DNA of 64,000 nt from assembly GCA_963801355.1 (NCBI GenBank), contig CAWDEM010000008.1, positions 928,001 to 992,000 of the forward strand. Direction: 5' to 3'. Within the stretch, counting starts at the first letter, position 1, and each line of letters starts with the position of its first letter. Positions 30,387-42,200 of the stretch are shown in pieces. The notes under the pieces were generated by a model that made no database searches, had not been told where the DNA came from, and saw nothing but the letters and a program-made list of their open reading frames with translations. Origin of the DNA: Ignavibacteriota bacterium. GTDB taxonomy: Bacteria > Bacteroidota > Ignavibacteria > UBA10030 > UBA6906. The translations under genes were made by a program, and so were the position numbers.

Positions 30387-30878
30387 TCAGTACCCATCCC
30401 CACCAAACCAGGGTGATGCAAACGGTGAGTAGTAGTACCCGTACGGCAGCTGCCGGTATTGGATCTGCACCGAAAAATTCTCCCAGGGTTTGTAGTTCAA
30501 TTCAGCCCGGCTGAGATAGATCGAGCTCAGGCTGTTTTTCACACCCTGGGTCATCAAGGAATTACTCGCAAACGGTGAATAGCTCATGCTCACGTCGGCG
30601 CGCGCGTTCAGGTTCTCCGCAAATTCGTACCGCATGCTGTTCGTGTACGTGCCGAGGGAAACGCCCTGGCCACCCATGGTCATATAGGAGAATGAGAGTG
30701 AATGGCTCATGTGGAATTTTTCCGGATTGAACCATCCGAAAAGAAACGACGGCGTAGATTGCTGCAGGATGCCGCTTGAGATGCGTGACTCCTGCTCAAC
30801 CTGCGTTTTGAACTGGGCCCGGGTCGCCGGAGCAACCAGAGCCAGCGTCACAAGTGCCATAACGGTGTACAGTTTCAT
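30387..30878 (-). CDS. Secreted hypothetical protein, beta-strand and aromatic rich
   Basis: Sec signal peptide MKLYTVMALVTLALVAPATRA-Q; has its own promoter and terminator. Confidence 0.75.
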   Translation of the reverse strand: MKLYTVMALVTLALVAPATRAQFKTQVEQESRISSGILQQSTPSFLFGWFNPEKFHMSHSLSFSYMTMGGQGVSLGTYTNSMRYEFAENLNARADVSMSYSPFASNSLMTQGVKNSLSSIYLSRAELNYKPWENFSVQIQYRQLPYGYYYSPFASPWFGGDGY

Positions 30879-30923
30879 CGCTTCTGCCCTTCAGTTCACC
30901 TTATGCGGGAAAGCTCCCCATTC

Positions 30924-30952
30924 AACATACGGAATCGTCAATGATTTGTCAA
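30924..30952 (-). promoter_or_regulatory. Sigma70-type promoter for 30387-30878
   Basis: TTGACA-N17-TATGTT; the -35 overlaps the upstream stop codon. Confidence 0.62.
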
Positions 30953-31737
30953 CCCTTTCGCCGCGCAAACTCCGCCCTGGCGGCATCCAGCTGTTCCACG
31001 GTGTTGATTCCCTGGACCTCGACCGGTTCTTCTACAGGAACAGCCCTCACCGTGAGCCGGTTCCGCCAGAAATATCCGAAGACGTCCGTCAGGTAGTACT
31101 CGTGCTGCGTATTGGTGTCGGTGATATGTTTCAGCCCATCGAACAGCTGCTCCTTGTCAAACACATAGATACCGGTGTTGATTTCACGGATTTTTTGCTG
31201 CTCCGGGGTGGCATCGCGGTGCTCCACAATACCGAGGACATGTCCGGACTCGACTTTGTGCGGGCCTTCGGTGAGGCTGGAACGGTTATCCCTGAGGATA
31301 CGGCCGTAGCCGGTCGGATCATCAAGTATGGCGGTCAACAACGTTGCTGCTGCGGGTGCGGCACGGTGATACGCGATGAGTCCCTCAACGGTGGCCTTTG
31401 AGAGGAGCGGCACATCTCCCGAGAGCACCAGCACATCGCCCGAGAACCCGCGCAACGGCTCTTCCGCCTGCATCACGGCGTGCCCGGTACCGAGCTGTGG
31501 GGTTTGTTCCACGCACATGACGTTGTGGCCGGTGCGGCTGAGGTGGTTGATGACCGAGTCCTTATGCCAGCCCACCACGGCGACGATGCGCGACGCTTTG
31601 AGATGGAGAGCGAGGTCGACGACGTGTTCGACCATGGGCTTTCCCCCGATGGAATGCATGACCTTTGCCATCGTGGAATTCTTCATGCGGGTACCTTTTC
31701 CCGCAGCCATGATGACCACTGCAAGCTCTCTTTTCAT
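30949..31737 (-). CDS. GlmU-like sugar-1-phosphate nucleotidyltransferase, N-terminal domain only
   Basis: MAAGKGTRMK, QLGTGHAV, LSGDVPL, DPTGYGRI, EINTGIY, EYYLTD; no hexapeptide domain. Confidence 0.85.
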   Translation of the reverse strand: MKRELAVVIMAAGKGTRMKNSTMAKVMHSIGGKPMVEHVVDLALHLKASRIVAVVGWHKDSVINHLSRTGHNVMCVEQTPQLGTGHAVMQAEEPLRGFSGDVLVLSGDVPLLSKATVEGLIAYHRAAPAAATLLTAILDDPTGYGRILRDNRSSLTEGPHKVESGHVLGIVEHRDATPEQQKIREINTGIYVFDKEQLFDGLKHITDTNTQHEYYLTDVFGYFWRNRLTVRAVPVEEPVEVQGINTVEQLDAARAEFARRKG

Positions 31738-31759
31738 GCGTGCCGCATCACCCCTTTCG

Positions 31760-32635
31760 TTATGTGTGTGAACCGGGAATCAGGATATTGTCGATAAGCC
31801 GTGTCGTCCCGAAGCGGACAGCCAGGGAGATCAGGACACCGCATTCCGGCACCCGTCCGCGGAGCTCCAGCAGGGTTTCGGCGTCGGCCACCGAGACATA
31901 GTCAATTACACCGGATGATGAAGAGGTGATACACGCACGCATCTCTTCAATCACCGTTGCGGCGTCCGCATTGCCGTCCCGGATCCGTCGTTCCCCGAGC
32001 TGCAAGGAGCGGAAAAGCACCGGGGCCTCACTCCGTTGTTGCGGCGTGAGGTATGTATTACGGGAGCTCAGCGCGAGCCCGTCGGCTTCGCGGACAGTCG
32101 GCACTATGACCATCCGGCAGTCGATGTTCAGGTCGTTGACCATCCGTCTGATCACCGCCACCTGCTGTGCATCCTTCTGACCGAAGAAGGCCATGTGGGG
32201 TTTAACGATATTCAGAAGTTTTGTCACGACGGTGGCCACGCCGCGGAAATGGCCGGGACGGGAGGCGCCTTCAAGCGCCGTTGTGATTCCCTCGACTTCG
32301 ATGAACGTCGCATAGCCCGCGGGATACATCGCGCCGGGCTCCGGAGCAAAGACGAGGTCGACGCCGGCCTCCGATGCCATCTGCATATCTCGCTCGAGCG
32401 GGCGGGGATATCGGGAGAAGTCCTCTCCCCGGCCGAACTGTGTGGGGTTGACGAACACCGAGGCGACAACTACATCCGCCTGGCTTCGCGCCTGGCGCAT
32501 CAGCGTCGTATGACCTTCATGAAGGGCGCCCATGGTGGGGACAAGGGCGATCTCCTTGCCGGCGGCGCGCCATGCATCCGCCCGGCGTTGAACGACGTCA
32601 GGGAGTTTCTCAAGGACGGCGCGTGTGCCACTCAT
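31760..32635 (-). CDS. panC: Pantoate--beta-alanine ligase
   Basis: VPTMGALHEGH, FVNPTQF, RPGHFRGV, FGQKDAQQ, LALSSRN, TRLIDN. Confidence 0.96.
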   Translation of the reverse strand: MSGTRAVLEKLPDVVQRRADAWRAAGKEIALVPTMGALHEGHTTLMRQARSQADVVVASVFVNPTQFGRGEDFSRYPRPLERDMQMASEAGVDLVFAPEPGAMYPAGYATFIEVEGITTALEGASRPGHFRGVATVVTKLLNIVKPHMAFFGQKDAQQVAVIRRMVNDLNIDCRMVIVPTVREADGLALSSRNTYLTPQQRSEAPVLFRSLQLGERRIRDGNADAATVIEEMRACITSSSSGVIDYVSVADAETLLELRGRVPECGVLISLAVRFGTTRLIDNILIPGSHT

Positions 32636-32643
32636 GGGGCTGT

Positions 32644-33486
32644 TCACTCCTGCCACATGGAGAGCAGCTGGTACACCGTCTGCCGCATCTCCTTCCGGTG
32701 GACCACCAGATCGAGGAAACCGTGTTCAAGGAGGAACTCGGCACGTTGGAAGCCGGGAGGCAGGTCCTTGCCGATGGTTTGCCGTATCACGCGGGGGCCC
32801 GCAAAGCCGATGAGGGCTCCGGGCTCACCGATGTTCACATCCCCCAGCATCGCATAGCTGGCCGTAACGCCCCCCGTGGTCGGATCAGTCAGAATGGAAA
32901 TGAATGGAACGCGGGCATCCGACAGGCGGGCCAGCTTGGCGCTTGTCTTCGCCAGCTGCATCAGCGACAGCGCACCCTCCATCATCCGTGCTCCTCCGCT
33001 GGACGACACGATGACCAGCGGGGTGTGCGATTTCCAGGATTTGTCAACAGCCCTTCCGATTTTCTCCCCTACCACCGATCCCATGCTACCCCCGATGAAT
33101 CCGAAATCCATGGCCGCCACCACAACGGGGAGCTTCTGGATTGTCCCGTTCCCCCACCGCACGGCATCGTACAGGTGGGTTTTCTTGATCGCTTCAGCGG
33201 TGCGATCCTTGTAGCGTTTGGTATCGACGAATTTCAGCGGGTCGCTGGAGCGCATCCGGCGGTCATGTTCCTTGAAGGAGCCGGGATCCAGCAGCAGTTC
33301 GAGGTACTGCGTGCTGCCGATCCGGAAATGCGCCCCGCATTTCGCGCAGGTATAGAGGCTCTTCTGCAGTTCCGTCTTGTGGATGATCTCCCCGCATCCT
33401 TGGCACTTTGTCCAGAGCCCGTCGGGGATATCCCGTTTTTGCGTTTCCGCAGCAATATTATCTTTCGATCGTTTGAACCAGGACAT
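32644..33486 (-). CDS. accD: Acetyl-CoA carboxylase carboxyltransferase subunit beta
   Basis: GLWTKC..C zinc finger, FIGGSMGSVVGE, SGGARM, PTTGGVTASY, GFAGPRVI. Confidence 0.96.
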   Translation of the reverse strand: MSWFKRSKDNIAAETQKRDIPDGLWTKCQGCGEIIHKTELQKSLYTCAKCGAHFRIGSTQYLELLLDPGSFKEHDRRMRSSDPLKFVDTKRYKDRTAEAIKKTHLYDAVRWGNGTIQKLPVVVAAMDFGFIGGSMGSVVGEKIGRAVDKSWKSHTPLVIVSSSGGARMMEGALSLMQLAKTSAKLARLSDARVPFISILTDPTTGGVTASYAMLGDVNIGEPGALIGFAGPRVIRQTIGKDLPPGFQRAEFLLEHGFLDLVVHRKEMRQTVYQLLSMWQE

Positions 33487-33490
33487 GGCG

Positions 33491-34192
33491 TCACTCCGGT
33501 TTGCGGAGAAAGAACTCCTTGATGTATCGAGGTTCCAGAACGGCAACATCCTCATTGGCCCCGGCGGCCAGCAAGGCGGCACCGCATTGCGCCACCGCGA
33601 CCGCAGAGCATTGAGCGACAGATTCCGGCACGAGGAACGCACACGCGTCATTTCCGCCGGCAGAATTCAGTACGCCCCCAACGGAGATCCGGGCATCGCC
33701 CGTTATCGCGATTTTCCCCGGTGGCATGAGCTCGGGCAGGCGGCGGATCTCTCCATCGCTGACGTCCGTGAGGGCGCGTGGGCCTCCGGGTGTCAGGTCA
33801 AACAGCTGCCAGTAGACTTCTTCGCGCCGCGCATCAAGGACCGCAAGAATCTTCCCGATGCCGGCATCCCGCACTTCCGGAACCGCACGCCACGCGAGGG
33901 CCTCCAGCGTGGGAACGGCAACCACCGGGACTCCCGTCGCGACGTGCAACCCTTTGACGACACTCAGACCTATTCTCAGTCCTGTAAAGGACCCGGGGCC
34001 GATAGAGACCGCGATCCCCTGCAGGGCCTGGAGCTTCACCCCTGCGCGTTCCAGAACGTCATCAAGGAAGCCAAAGAGCTTTTCGGCGTGCGCGTACCGC
34101 TCCAGGACGGATTCTTCGGCGAGCACCGCGCCGTCACGCAGCAGGGCCACGCCGCAGACTGCTGTGGCGGTCTCGATGCCGAGGATGGTCAT
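33491..34192 (-). CDS. tsaB: tRNA threonylcarbamoyladenosine biosynthesis protein TsaB
   Basis: MTILGIETAT, GPGSFTGLRIG, DARREEVY, LEPRY. Confidence 0.93.
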   Translation of the reverse strand: MTILGIETATAVCGVALLRDGAVLAEESVLERYAHAEKLFGFLDDVLERAGVKLQALQGIAVSIGPGSFTGLRIGLSVVKGLHVATGVPVVAVPTLEALAWRAVPEVRDAGIGKILAVLDARREEVYWQLFDLTPGGPRALTDVSDGEIRRLPELMPPGKIAITGDARISVGGVLNSAGGNDACAFLVPESVAQCSAVAVAQCGAALLAAGANEDVAVLEPRYIKEFFLRKPE

Positions 34193-34626
34193 CGTGTGCT
34201 CTCGTCCGGTTGCCGGATGGTGATCCGGCGCTCTGTTGCACCACCGCAATGCTCGAAGGATATAAGATAATGGCCTGAAGGGAGGAGATCAAGGATATGT
34301 TCCGCCCATTCGATAAAACAAATATAGGGGGGGCGAAAGTACTCCACCAGCCCGATTTCGGCCATTTCCCCGCGCGAGGCAATACGGTACATGTCCGCGT
34401 GAACAACCGTCACCGTTCCCGCGGGGTATTCGTTGATGAACGTAAACGTGGGGCTCCCGAAGTGGCCAGTCGCGCCCAGCGCAGCACAGGCCCCGGACAC
34501 GAAACTCGTCTTCCCGCTCCCGAGAGGACCCATCAGCGCAACGATGTCCCCGGGTTTCAGCATTGCGGCGAATCCCGCTCCTGCGGACTCGGTCTCTTCG
34601 GCGGCCTGTGTGACGACCGTGATCAT
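34189..34626 (-). CDS. tsaE: tRNA threonylcarbamoyladenosine biosynthesis ATPase TsaE
   Basis: GPLGSGKT, SPTF, HADMYR, IEWAE. Confidence 0.93.
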   Translation of the reverse strand: MITVVTQAAEETESAGAGFAAMLKPGDIVALMGPLGSGKTSFVSGACAALGATGHFGSPTFTFINEYPAGTVTVVHADMYRIASRGEMAEIGLVEYFRPPYICFIEWAEHILDLLPSGHYLISFEHCGGATERRITIRQPDESTR

Positions 34627-36191
34627 CCGCGTGCTTCCATTCTGACCACGGGAAGGATCACCTCTTCCATCGACACCCCGCCATGCTGGAAACTGTCGCG
34701 GTACTGCGCAAGGTACTTATGGTAGTCGGTGGGATACACGAAGTAGTAGTCCTCCTTGGCGAAGATATAGTTCACTGCGACCCCCCGTTCGGGCAGCCGG
34801 AACTCCGCCGGATTCTTCACGAAGATTGCGGTCTTCTCATCGACCTTCAAGTTTCTCCCGTACTTGTACCGGAGATTTGTTGATGCTTCCCGGTCGCCCA
34901 ACACTTTCGAGCCCCGCAGGCTTCTGATGCTGCCATGGTCGGTGGTGAGCACAATAGTGACGTTCTTGTTCCGCGACAGTGTCTTGAGCATGCCGAACAA
35001 CGACGAGTGCACAAACCACGAGCGAGTCAACGAGCGGTAGGCGGATTCGTCCGGCGCGATCTCCTTGAGCAACGACGAATCGGACCGGCCGTGTGCGAGC
35101 ATATCCACGAAGTTCACCACGATCGACGTCAGGGGGGTCGCCGCGTAGGAATTGATGGTTGATTCGATGGTGCGTCCGAACTCGGGATCAAGGATCTTCA
35201 CGTACTTCGGCTCGGGTTTCAATATGATCCGGCGGCGTTCGAGGAGTTTTTCCAGGTACTGCCGTTCGTAGCGGTTTCTGCTGCTTTCATCGTCTTCCGC
35301 TTTGTCCCACAGTTCCGGGTTCCGTTTTTCCAGATCGGCCGGAAACGATCCGCTGAAGATGGCGTTGCGTGAGTACGGCGTCGCCGTCGGCAGGATGCTG
35401 TAGTAGTACCGGCGCGACATATCGAAGTACTCGCGGAGCAGCTCTTCGAAGACCAGCCATTGATCCAGTCGCAAGCAGTCGATGATGAAGAAGACCACTG
35501 ACCTGCCTTGTTGCAGCTCGGGAATCACAAACCGGTCCACAACTTCATGCGAGAGTGCCGGGCGGCCCTCCGGTTGCTCCATCCAATCGCGGTAATTGCG
35601 TTCGATGAATTTGCCGAAGGCAAGGTTGCATTCGCGGAACTGATCCTGCAGGGTCTGTCGCAGCCCGAGTTCCGGATGCCGATCGAATTCCAGTCCCCAG
35701 CCGACCAGACGCGCATAGATGTCGATCCACTCTTCATAGCCCGGCGATTGCATCAAGGCGAGAGAGATCTCGTTGAATTGCCGGATGTAGTCTTTCGACA
35801 GGGCCGCGCCCGTAATCTTCCTCCCCTCCAGGAATTTCTTGCAGGCCATCAGGACCTGGCTCGGGTTCACGGGTTTTGTCAGGTAGTCGCTGATTTTGCC
35901 GCCGATGGCATCTTCCATCAGCGATTCCTCTTCGTTCTTGGTAATCATGACGACGGGCACGGCGGGGCGGATTTCCTTGATTTCCTGGAGGGTCCGCAGT
36001 CCTCCCATGCCGGGCATCATTTCATCGAGAAACACCAGGTCATACGGGTTCTGTCGCACCATGCCCACGGCATCTTCGCCGTTGGTGACGGTTTCTACGG
36101 TGTATCCCCGCTCCACGAGCAACCGTACGTGAGAGCGGAGCAGGTCGATTTCGTCGTCAACCCAGAGTATGCGTCCCTTGGATTCTTCCAT
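34623..36191 (-). CDS. porX: PorX-like response regulator (REC plus PglZ/alkaline-phosphatase domain)
   Basis: ILWVDDE, FLDEMMPG, IDCLRLDQW, SILPTATPYSRNAIF, TTDHG, SFQHGGVSMEE. Confidence 0.85.
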   Translation of the reverse strand: MEESKGRILWVDDEIDLLRSHVRLLVERGYTVETVTNGEDAVGMVRQNPYDLVFLDEMMPGMGGLRTLQEIKEIRPAVPVVMITKNEEESLMEDAIGGKISDYLTKPVNPSQVLMACKKFLEGRKITGAALSKDYIRQFNEISLALMQSPGYEEWIDIYARLVGWGLEFDRHPELGLRQTLQDQFRECNLAFGKFIERNYRDWMEQPEGRPALSHEVVDRFVIPELQQGRSVVFFIIDCLRLDQWLVFEELLREYFDMSRRYYYSILPTATPYSRNAIFSGSFPADLEKRNPELWDKAEDDESSRNRYERQYLEKLLERRRIILKPEPKYVKILDPEFGRTIESTINSYAATPLTSIVVNFVDMLAHGRSDSSLLKEIAPDESAYRSLTRSWFVHSSLFGMLKTLSRNKNVTIVLTTDHGSIRSLRGSKVLGDREASTNLRYKYGRNLKVDEKTAIFVKNPAEFRLPERGVAVNYIFAKEDYYFVYPTDYHKYLAQYRDSFQHGGVSMEEVILPVVRMEARG

Positions 36192-36207
36192 GCGCTTCCT
36201 CCCTCCA

Positions 36208-39200
36208 CTACTGAATCGAAATATGAATATCCAACCCCGCCTCGTTGGTCTTGCTTCCCGGGATGCGTGAGCCTGAATCGTCGGGTTCAATACTGGTGTA
36301 CCGGAAGTACACCGATGCGGTCACACGCTGGCTCAGCACATACTTGATGCGCGGTTCCATGACCGTGCGCGTGGTGCCTTCCAGCGGCGTTCCCTGTATG
36401 TTGATGTCGAGCTTTGAAACATCGTACGTCAGGCGGGAGTTCTTTGTGACCGAATAGGAGAAGCTGATATCGATGTCGTTGTTCAGCGCAAGGCCGAAGA
36501 ACGGGATCTCAAACCCCCGCCGGGAGTACGATGACGTGATCGAGAGTTCCCGCGAAAAGGCTTCCACGATATTCCGGGAGGACGTCGTCAGGTCGTACGA
36601 CGTCGTACTGTTGATGCGCACATTGGCGCCGAAGCTCCCCTTCCACAGTTCCTTGAACGTGAAATTCATCCCCACGATCGGCGAAAAACCGTACATCACG
36701 CGCTGGCCATCGGTCCGCTCCCCGCCCCCGCCGGGGCGATTCTGGTACTGGCGGGTATAGTTCGAATTGTAGGCATGATCCAGCGACATGCGGGTCACGA
36801 AGCTGGAAAAGAACGGGATTTTTTCCAGGCCGTCCCAGCGAAAGCTCCAGTTCACGCGGGGGGCGAAATCGCCGAACACTTTGCGCAGGATGGGCAGCGC
36901 TTCGAAGCCCTCGATGAATGCCTGGTTCAGTTTCTCTTCGTCAGTTTTGGTGTCCGACAGGTCGGACTTGAGTTCGGCGTAGCGCTTGCTCACATCCTTG
37001 AGACTCGTCTTGAACGAACTCAGGAACAGGAAGTCCGGGAGGGTCAGAAACGACCGGTCGACGCTTCCCGACGTGGTTGTGTTCAGCAACGTCGGTACAC
37101 CGAGGGAGTCGGTCTGCAGATTATCCGTGCGGTTGTATGCCCAGCCGACGTTCCAGTTGAGGTCAAGCCGCGCGCCTTCCCAGAGTGCACGCGACGTTTT
37201 GAATGTCAGCCTGTTGTTCTGCCGGAAGGAATTCACAAGCACTCCTCCCGGCGCACGGAGTCCGGGTTCGACATCCCAGCCAAACCACGGGAACTTCGGG
37301 CGTCCGCCGAAATTCACCAGACGACCGCTGGGGTCGCTGATGAGCCCTAGCTGGTACAGACGGGAAGGACCGTATTTGATGTCCGCATCCTGAATGAACG
37401 GCAGACGTCCCCAGAAATTGACGAAGCCGGCGGAGCCGACCACTCCGCTGTTTTGCGAACTGTTGGTCTGCGTAAACGACACGTTCACGTTGTCATAGTC
37501 CAGCAGCGGGATCTTGATGAAGATGCGCGCGAGACTTCCGAGTTGTCCGAGGAGCTTGTCCAGTCCCCCGCCAGTCGCCGTGGAATCCGCCACTTTTGTC
37601 GTATCCGTGGTACCGGTCTGTTCCTGGTTTTCCCCGCTCCCTCTCCTCCCGCGGGACGGCGCCGGGGGAGCTGTTGTGGCGGCGGGCTTGGTTTCGAACA
37701 ACGGGTCAAAGAGCTGCTTCATCCGGAAGTTCAGTGACAGGTTGATATTCGCATTGTACCCGGCGGACTTGCCGAGATCTCCGCGGGTCAGGGTGTTCTG
37801 CCAGCTGTAGTCCACCCCGTAGGATGCCTGGATGTCAAGGAAGCGTTTGATGTTGAAGATGTTCGGGATGTTCGGCTTGGAAACGAAACTGTTCCGCTGG
37901 CTGTAGCGCGTGTCCTCCCCGAAATCGATCAGGTGATCGCCGAAGAAGATGTCGCCCATGATCTGAGAAAACGAACGCTGCTGCTTGAACTGATCGAGTT
38001 CGAGGTTGAGGAGGCTCGACTCCACGCTCACGGAGTAATCGCCGGAGGGATTGATCATACCGCCCTCCGTGAACTTCCAGGAGAAGCCAGCCTGACGCGA
38101 CGCCGAGAAATTGCGGGAGATGATCTCCTGGGCCCCGACGGTCCGCTGCAATGACCTGTCGCGCGAACGCATGGCGTTGAACGCCCAGTTGAACGTCGTC
38201 GGCGAATAGTAGATCTTGATGTCCTTGTACTCCTCAAGGAACCAGACGCCGTCGAACAGGCTCTTGAATGGCTGGACGTAATAGTCCGAAGGGAACGTCA
38301 GGGCATACGCAAGGCGCGCATTCCAGGACCACGTAGTGCGGTCAACGAGCGCAGGGCTGTGTTCCGTCGAGCGCGTGTAGCTGAAGCCGAACGTCAGCTT
38401 GTTGAATGTATCGCGGATGTACCATGCGTTTGACGGGACGTTGATGCGGAAGCTCGGGGCGGCGTAGGTGTCCGTTTTCCTCATCGTCTCGGATTCAAGG
38501 ATCTCCTTATCGGCGGCGGCCTGCGCTTCCTGCTCGGTGCCGCCGTTTTGCAGCACCCTGTTCTTGCGTTGTTCGGCCGCGGCGCTCACGAGCACGTCGG
38601 AATTCGGCTTGTAGCGCGGCGTCATTTTGCCTTCGGTGTGCGAATAGGAAATGGGGATGGAGGTCCCCACCCAATCGTCGGAGAGGAGCTTCTCCAGCTG
38701 AAACGACGTGTTGAGTCCCCAGTTGGTCGAAAGCTGCCGGGAGCCGAAGCGCGCTTCCAGCGTATGGAAATTCGGGTCCACCCTCGAGTAGTTGAAAGAC
38801 ACCGCCCCGATGTCCGCAAGCTTTAGCTGTGTGTCAAACCGGTACGCCCAACCCGGAGTATCATCGACCGATGTGAGGCGCATTTCGTTAAACCAGACTT
38901 GTCCCACCAGGAGCTTGCCGGGAACCTTGCCCGCCGGGTCATCTCTCCCTCTCCGCGGGTTCGCGTTTGTCACGCCGACGGAGAGGTAGACGATTTGCGT
39001 CAGCGAGGGATTGCCGAGTACCCGGTACGTCGAGCCAGGAGGTCCGCCGGGAACGGGTATGGGGTCAGAGAGTTTACCGACCGAGTCGCGTGCCTGCTTC
39101 GCCGCCGTAATGTTTTCGAACTGGATGACCACATCGTTCGCCGGATCCCATCCGGGCCTGACGGGAGCACGGTACTCGTAGTAGTTCAGACTGTCAAGTC

Positions 39201-42200
39201 CGAACCGGAAGAAGATCTCCGCATCGTACTCGGTTGCGCTGATATACCTGAATGTCGGATCCCCGTGGACGAACATCTTCAGGGTTTTGTAGTTGAAGAG
39301 GTCGAGCGCGCGATAGGTGTAGAATTTCACTGCCTGGCGGGACTGCCCGGGGGGTAGACCTTCGAGCTTCAGTGCAAGTGACTGCTCGTTCGCATACACT
39401 TCCTCCTCGGGCCGCGTGCGATCACGTTCCTGGGTCACGCCCGGAGGCGGGTTGTACTCGGGATTGTCTTCGATGCTGACCACTGTGACGTCGAATAACG
39501 AATCTCCTGCGTCGCGTGCGAGTTTCTGCCACTGATTCCCGACCAGGGAAAAGTCGGCGATGCGGACGGCAATGGTGTCCGTGGCATTCACAAAGGCGAC
39601 CCGTATGAACTCGATATTCTCCTGGGAGGGAGTCCCCACCTGCCGTTCATATTCGCGGACGGGGATCCGGAACTGGTACCATTTGGAATAGCTCCCGTCC
39701 TCTTTCTGGCCGCCGCCGCCCACGATGCGCGGATTGTTGGCACGCACCGTATCGAGCAGCAGCTCGTACTCGAAATACGAATTCGCAAGATCCGGGACCC
39801 CGTTGGCATTCAGATCTTCGGTATCGGGGATACGGCCGGATGGGCCGTCTTTGTTGTTCTCTGTGCCGTTAATATGCGAGAAATCCTCCGCAGGCGTCCC
39901 GACGGTGGCATTGGTGTAGTAGTAATCGTCGCCGGAAGGATCGCCTTGCATGGCAGGGTATTTGGCAACCATCGCGGCATACCGGGCGCGCTCCTGGTCA
40001 TCATTCAGCATGTCAATCCCGATGTCTTCACCCTCCTGCAGCACACCGTTCGGGTAGGAGCTCAGCACGAGATCTTCGGAGTTCAGTGAGCGGTTCGGAA
40101 TGGCATCCTCGCTGATCGCCCCCATATCGATGATCATCTTTGTGCCCGGAGGAGCGCGGTCCACACGCATCCAGATCTCGATGAAGTTGACGTTCTCCTT
40201 CGAAAGGTTGATTGCCGAGACCGACAGGGGTTTCATGAGGGCGCCCCAGTTCCTGAACGGCGTCAGGGTGTTCTCGATGTCCGTGCTGTAGTTGTACTGC
40301 CCTCGCAGCGAAGGGTAGTAGCGGAAATCCAGAACGGTGGCCTGGTCGTTGGCGGCATTGCCCGGCTTCTTGCGCGGGTAGATTTCCGTGAGCGGCACGT
40401 CGGTGGGAATGCGGTTGAACCAGACCATCCGGCCCCTGGACAGCGCTTTGGTCGTATCCGGAAGCGTTCCCCAGTGGAAATTGTCGCCGAGCGGACTTGA
40501 GAGGGACCACGCGGCGTATGAGATGCCGACGGGTATTGCCCTGCGTGCCGCCTCGAAGTCGTCGATATACGCGATGCCTTCACCGTTGTCGCTCGGGATG
40601 GTACTTTTCTTTGTGTTCGGGTCGGGCGACATATAGGCCGCTTCACCGCTCACTTTGAGCTGGGATGCTTCGCGGGTCTGGAAGATCGGCAGCGCATCGA
40701 GCGCCCGGGTGAGGAATGGCAGGTCGAACGTCGCCGCCCCGTCGATGCCCATAATCGTGTTGTTGTTGGGCTCTTCGCCGAGGCGAACCTTGTCGCTCAG
40801 TGTCTGTTGATTCAGGTTCATGATGGTGAACCCGAAATTCAGATTCTGGGATATGGCAAGATCTCCGCGCGCGCCGAGGAGGGTCTTGGATGCCAGCTGG
40901 AACAGATCATTCTGTTCGTATTTGATCTGGAGGTTGGCACCGGGTACGAGCGCGCGGTCGTTCTTGATGACCACTTCGCCGATAATATAGTCGACGGTAT
41001 AGTCGATGTTGGGGGTAAGCGCACGGCCGTCGAGCAGCACCTGCACGCTCCCTTCCACCACGTTGAACCCCAGGGAGTATCGTGACGTCGCCTCGCCCGT
41101 GGCTTTCCCCTTGATCAGATACCTGTTGCGCAGGGCCTGCTGGGCAAACGTCACGGTCGTGTCATACACTTCCGGATACAGGAACTCCGAGGTGTCCGCC
41201 AGAACGTTCCCCTTCTCCGCAAAATACGCCTTCACGCCGTCGTCAAACGGACGCAGGACCGGGAAGATAATTTCAGCGCGTGCCTGGTTGACAGTTCTCC
41301 CCGAACGATAGTCGAATTGCCCGTCGCCGTTCGGCGCGGGTGTGTCATCGGCGTTGTACTTGTCAACGCCGAACACGCGCAACAACGGTTCGTTCAGGAT
41401 GCTGTTCTGATCTTCCCCTCCCGGAATTCTCCGGACGATATCAAGGGTAAACCCCTCTTTCTTCGCGTTGCGCCCGATTCCCTGAATTGGATAGATGTTT
41501 TTGAGCATCTGATTCCAGGCGACGGCGTACGAGCGGCCGTTGGACACGAGGTTTTTCGGCTTGAGCATTTTCAGGATCAACCGGCGGGAGAGAGCAGTAC
41601 TGTCGGTACCGAGATCACGCGCGAACTCTCCCGTCTGCACGCCGGCGGCATTCCGGTACGCAATGGCCACGATCTGCTGGTCGCCGACGCTTGCGTTCAG
41701 GGAAACCACCCCGAGGTACCCGTCGCCATCCAGCTCGTACTGGGAGCGGTCGAGCTTGATGAACGGGCCGGTCTCGATTTTTCCCGGATCGTCCACCGTC
41801 CCCCTCAACGCTTCGGGGTAGCCCCCTCCGATCGCAGGCAGGGTAATAAATGCGATGCCTTGCCGTTCATTCGGATCCGGTATGCCTCCCTGCCGCTGCA
41901 CCCACACTTCCTCTTCGACGATCTGCCCGTCACTGTTGACCAGCGGAGGCTCGTTGAGGTAGTAGTCCGCATACCGCGCGGCGTACGAAACATCCACAAA
42001 GAAATGATTCGTGGCATACTCGTACGCACGCATTTCGAACGTTTGCTCCTTCGCACCGCCGGACACCGCGACTTCTTTGATTTGTCCTTTCTTTTGCGAT
42101 GCGAGGGCCGTCAGGGTGAGCGGCCCCATCTGGAATTTCGCCTTGGCGCCGAACAGTGCCTGGCTGCTGCCGATAAACGACGAGGGGGTCTGGAGGGAAA

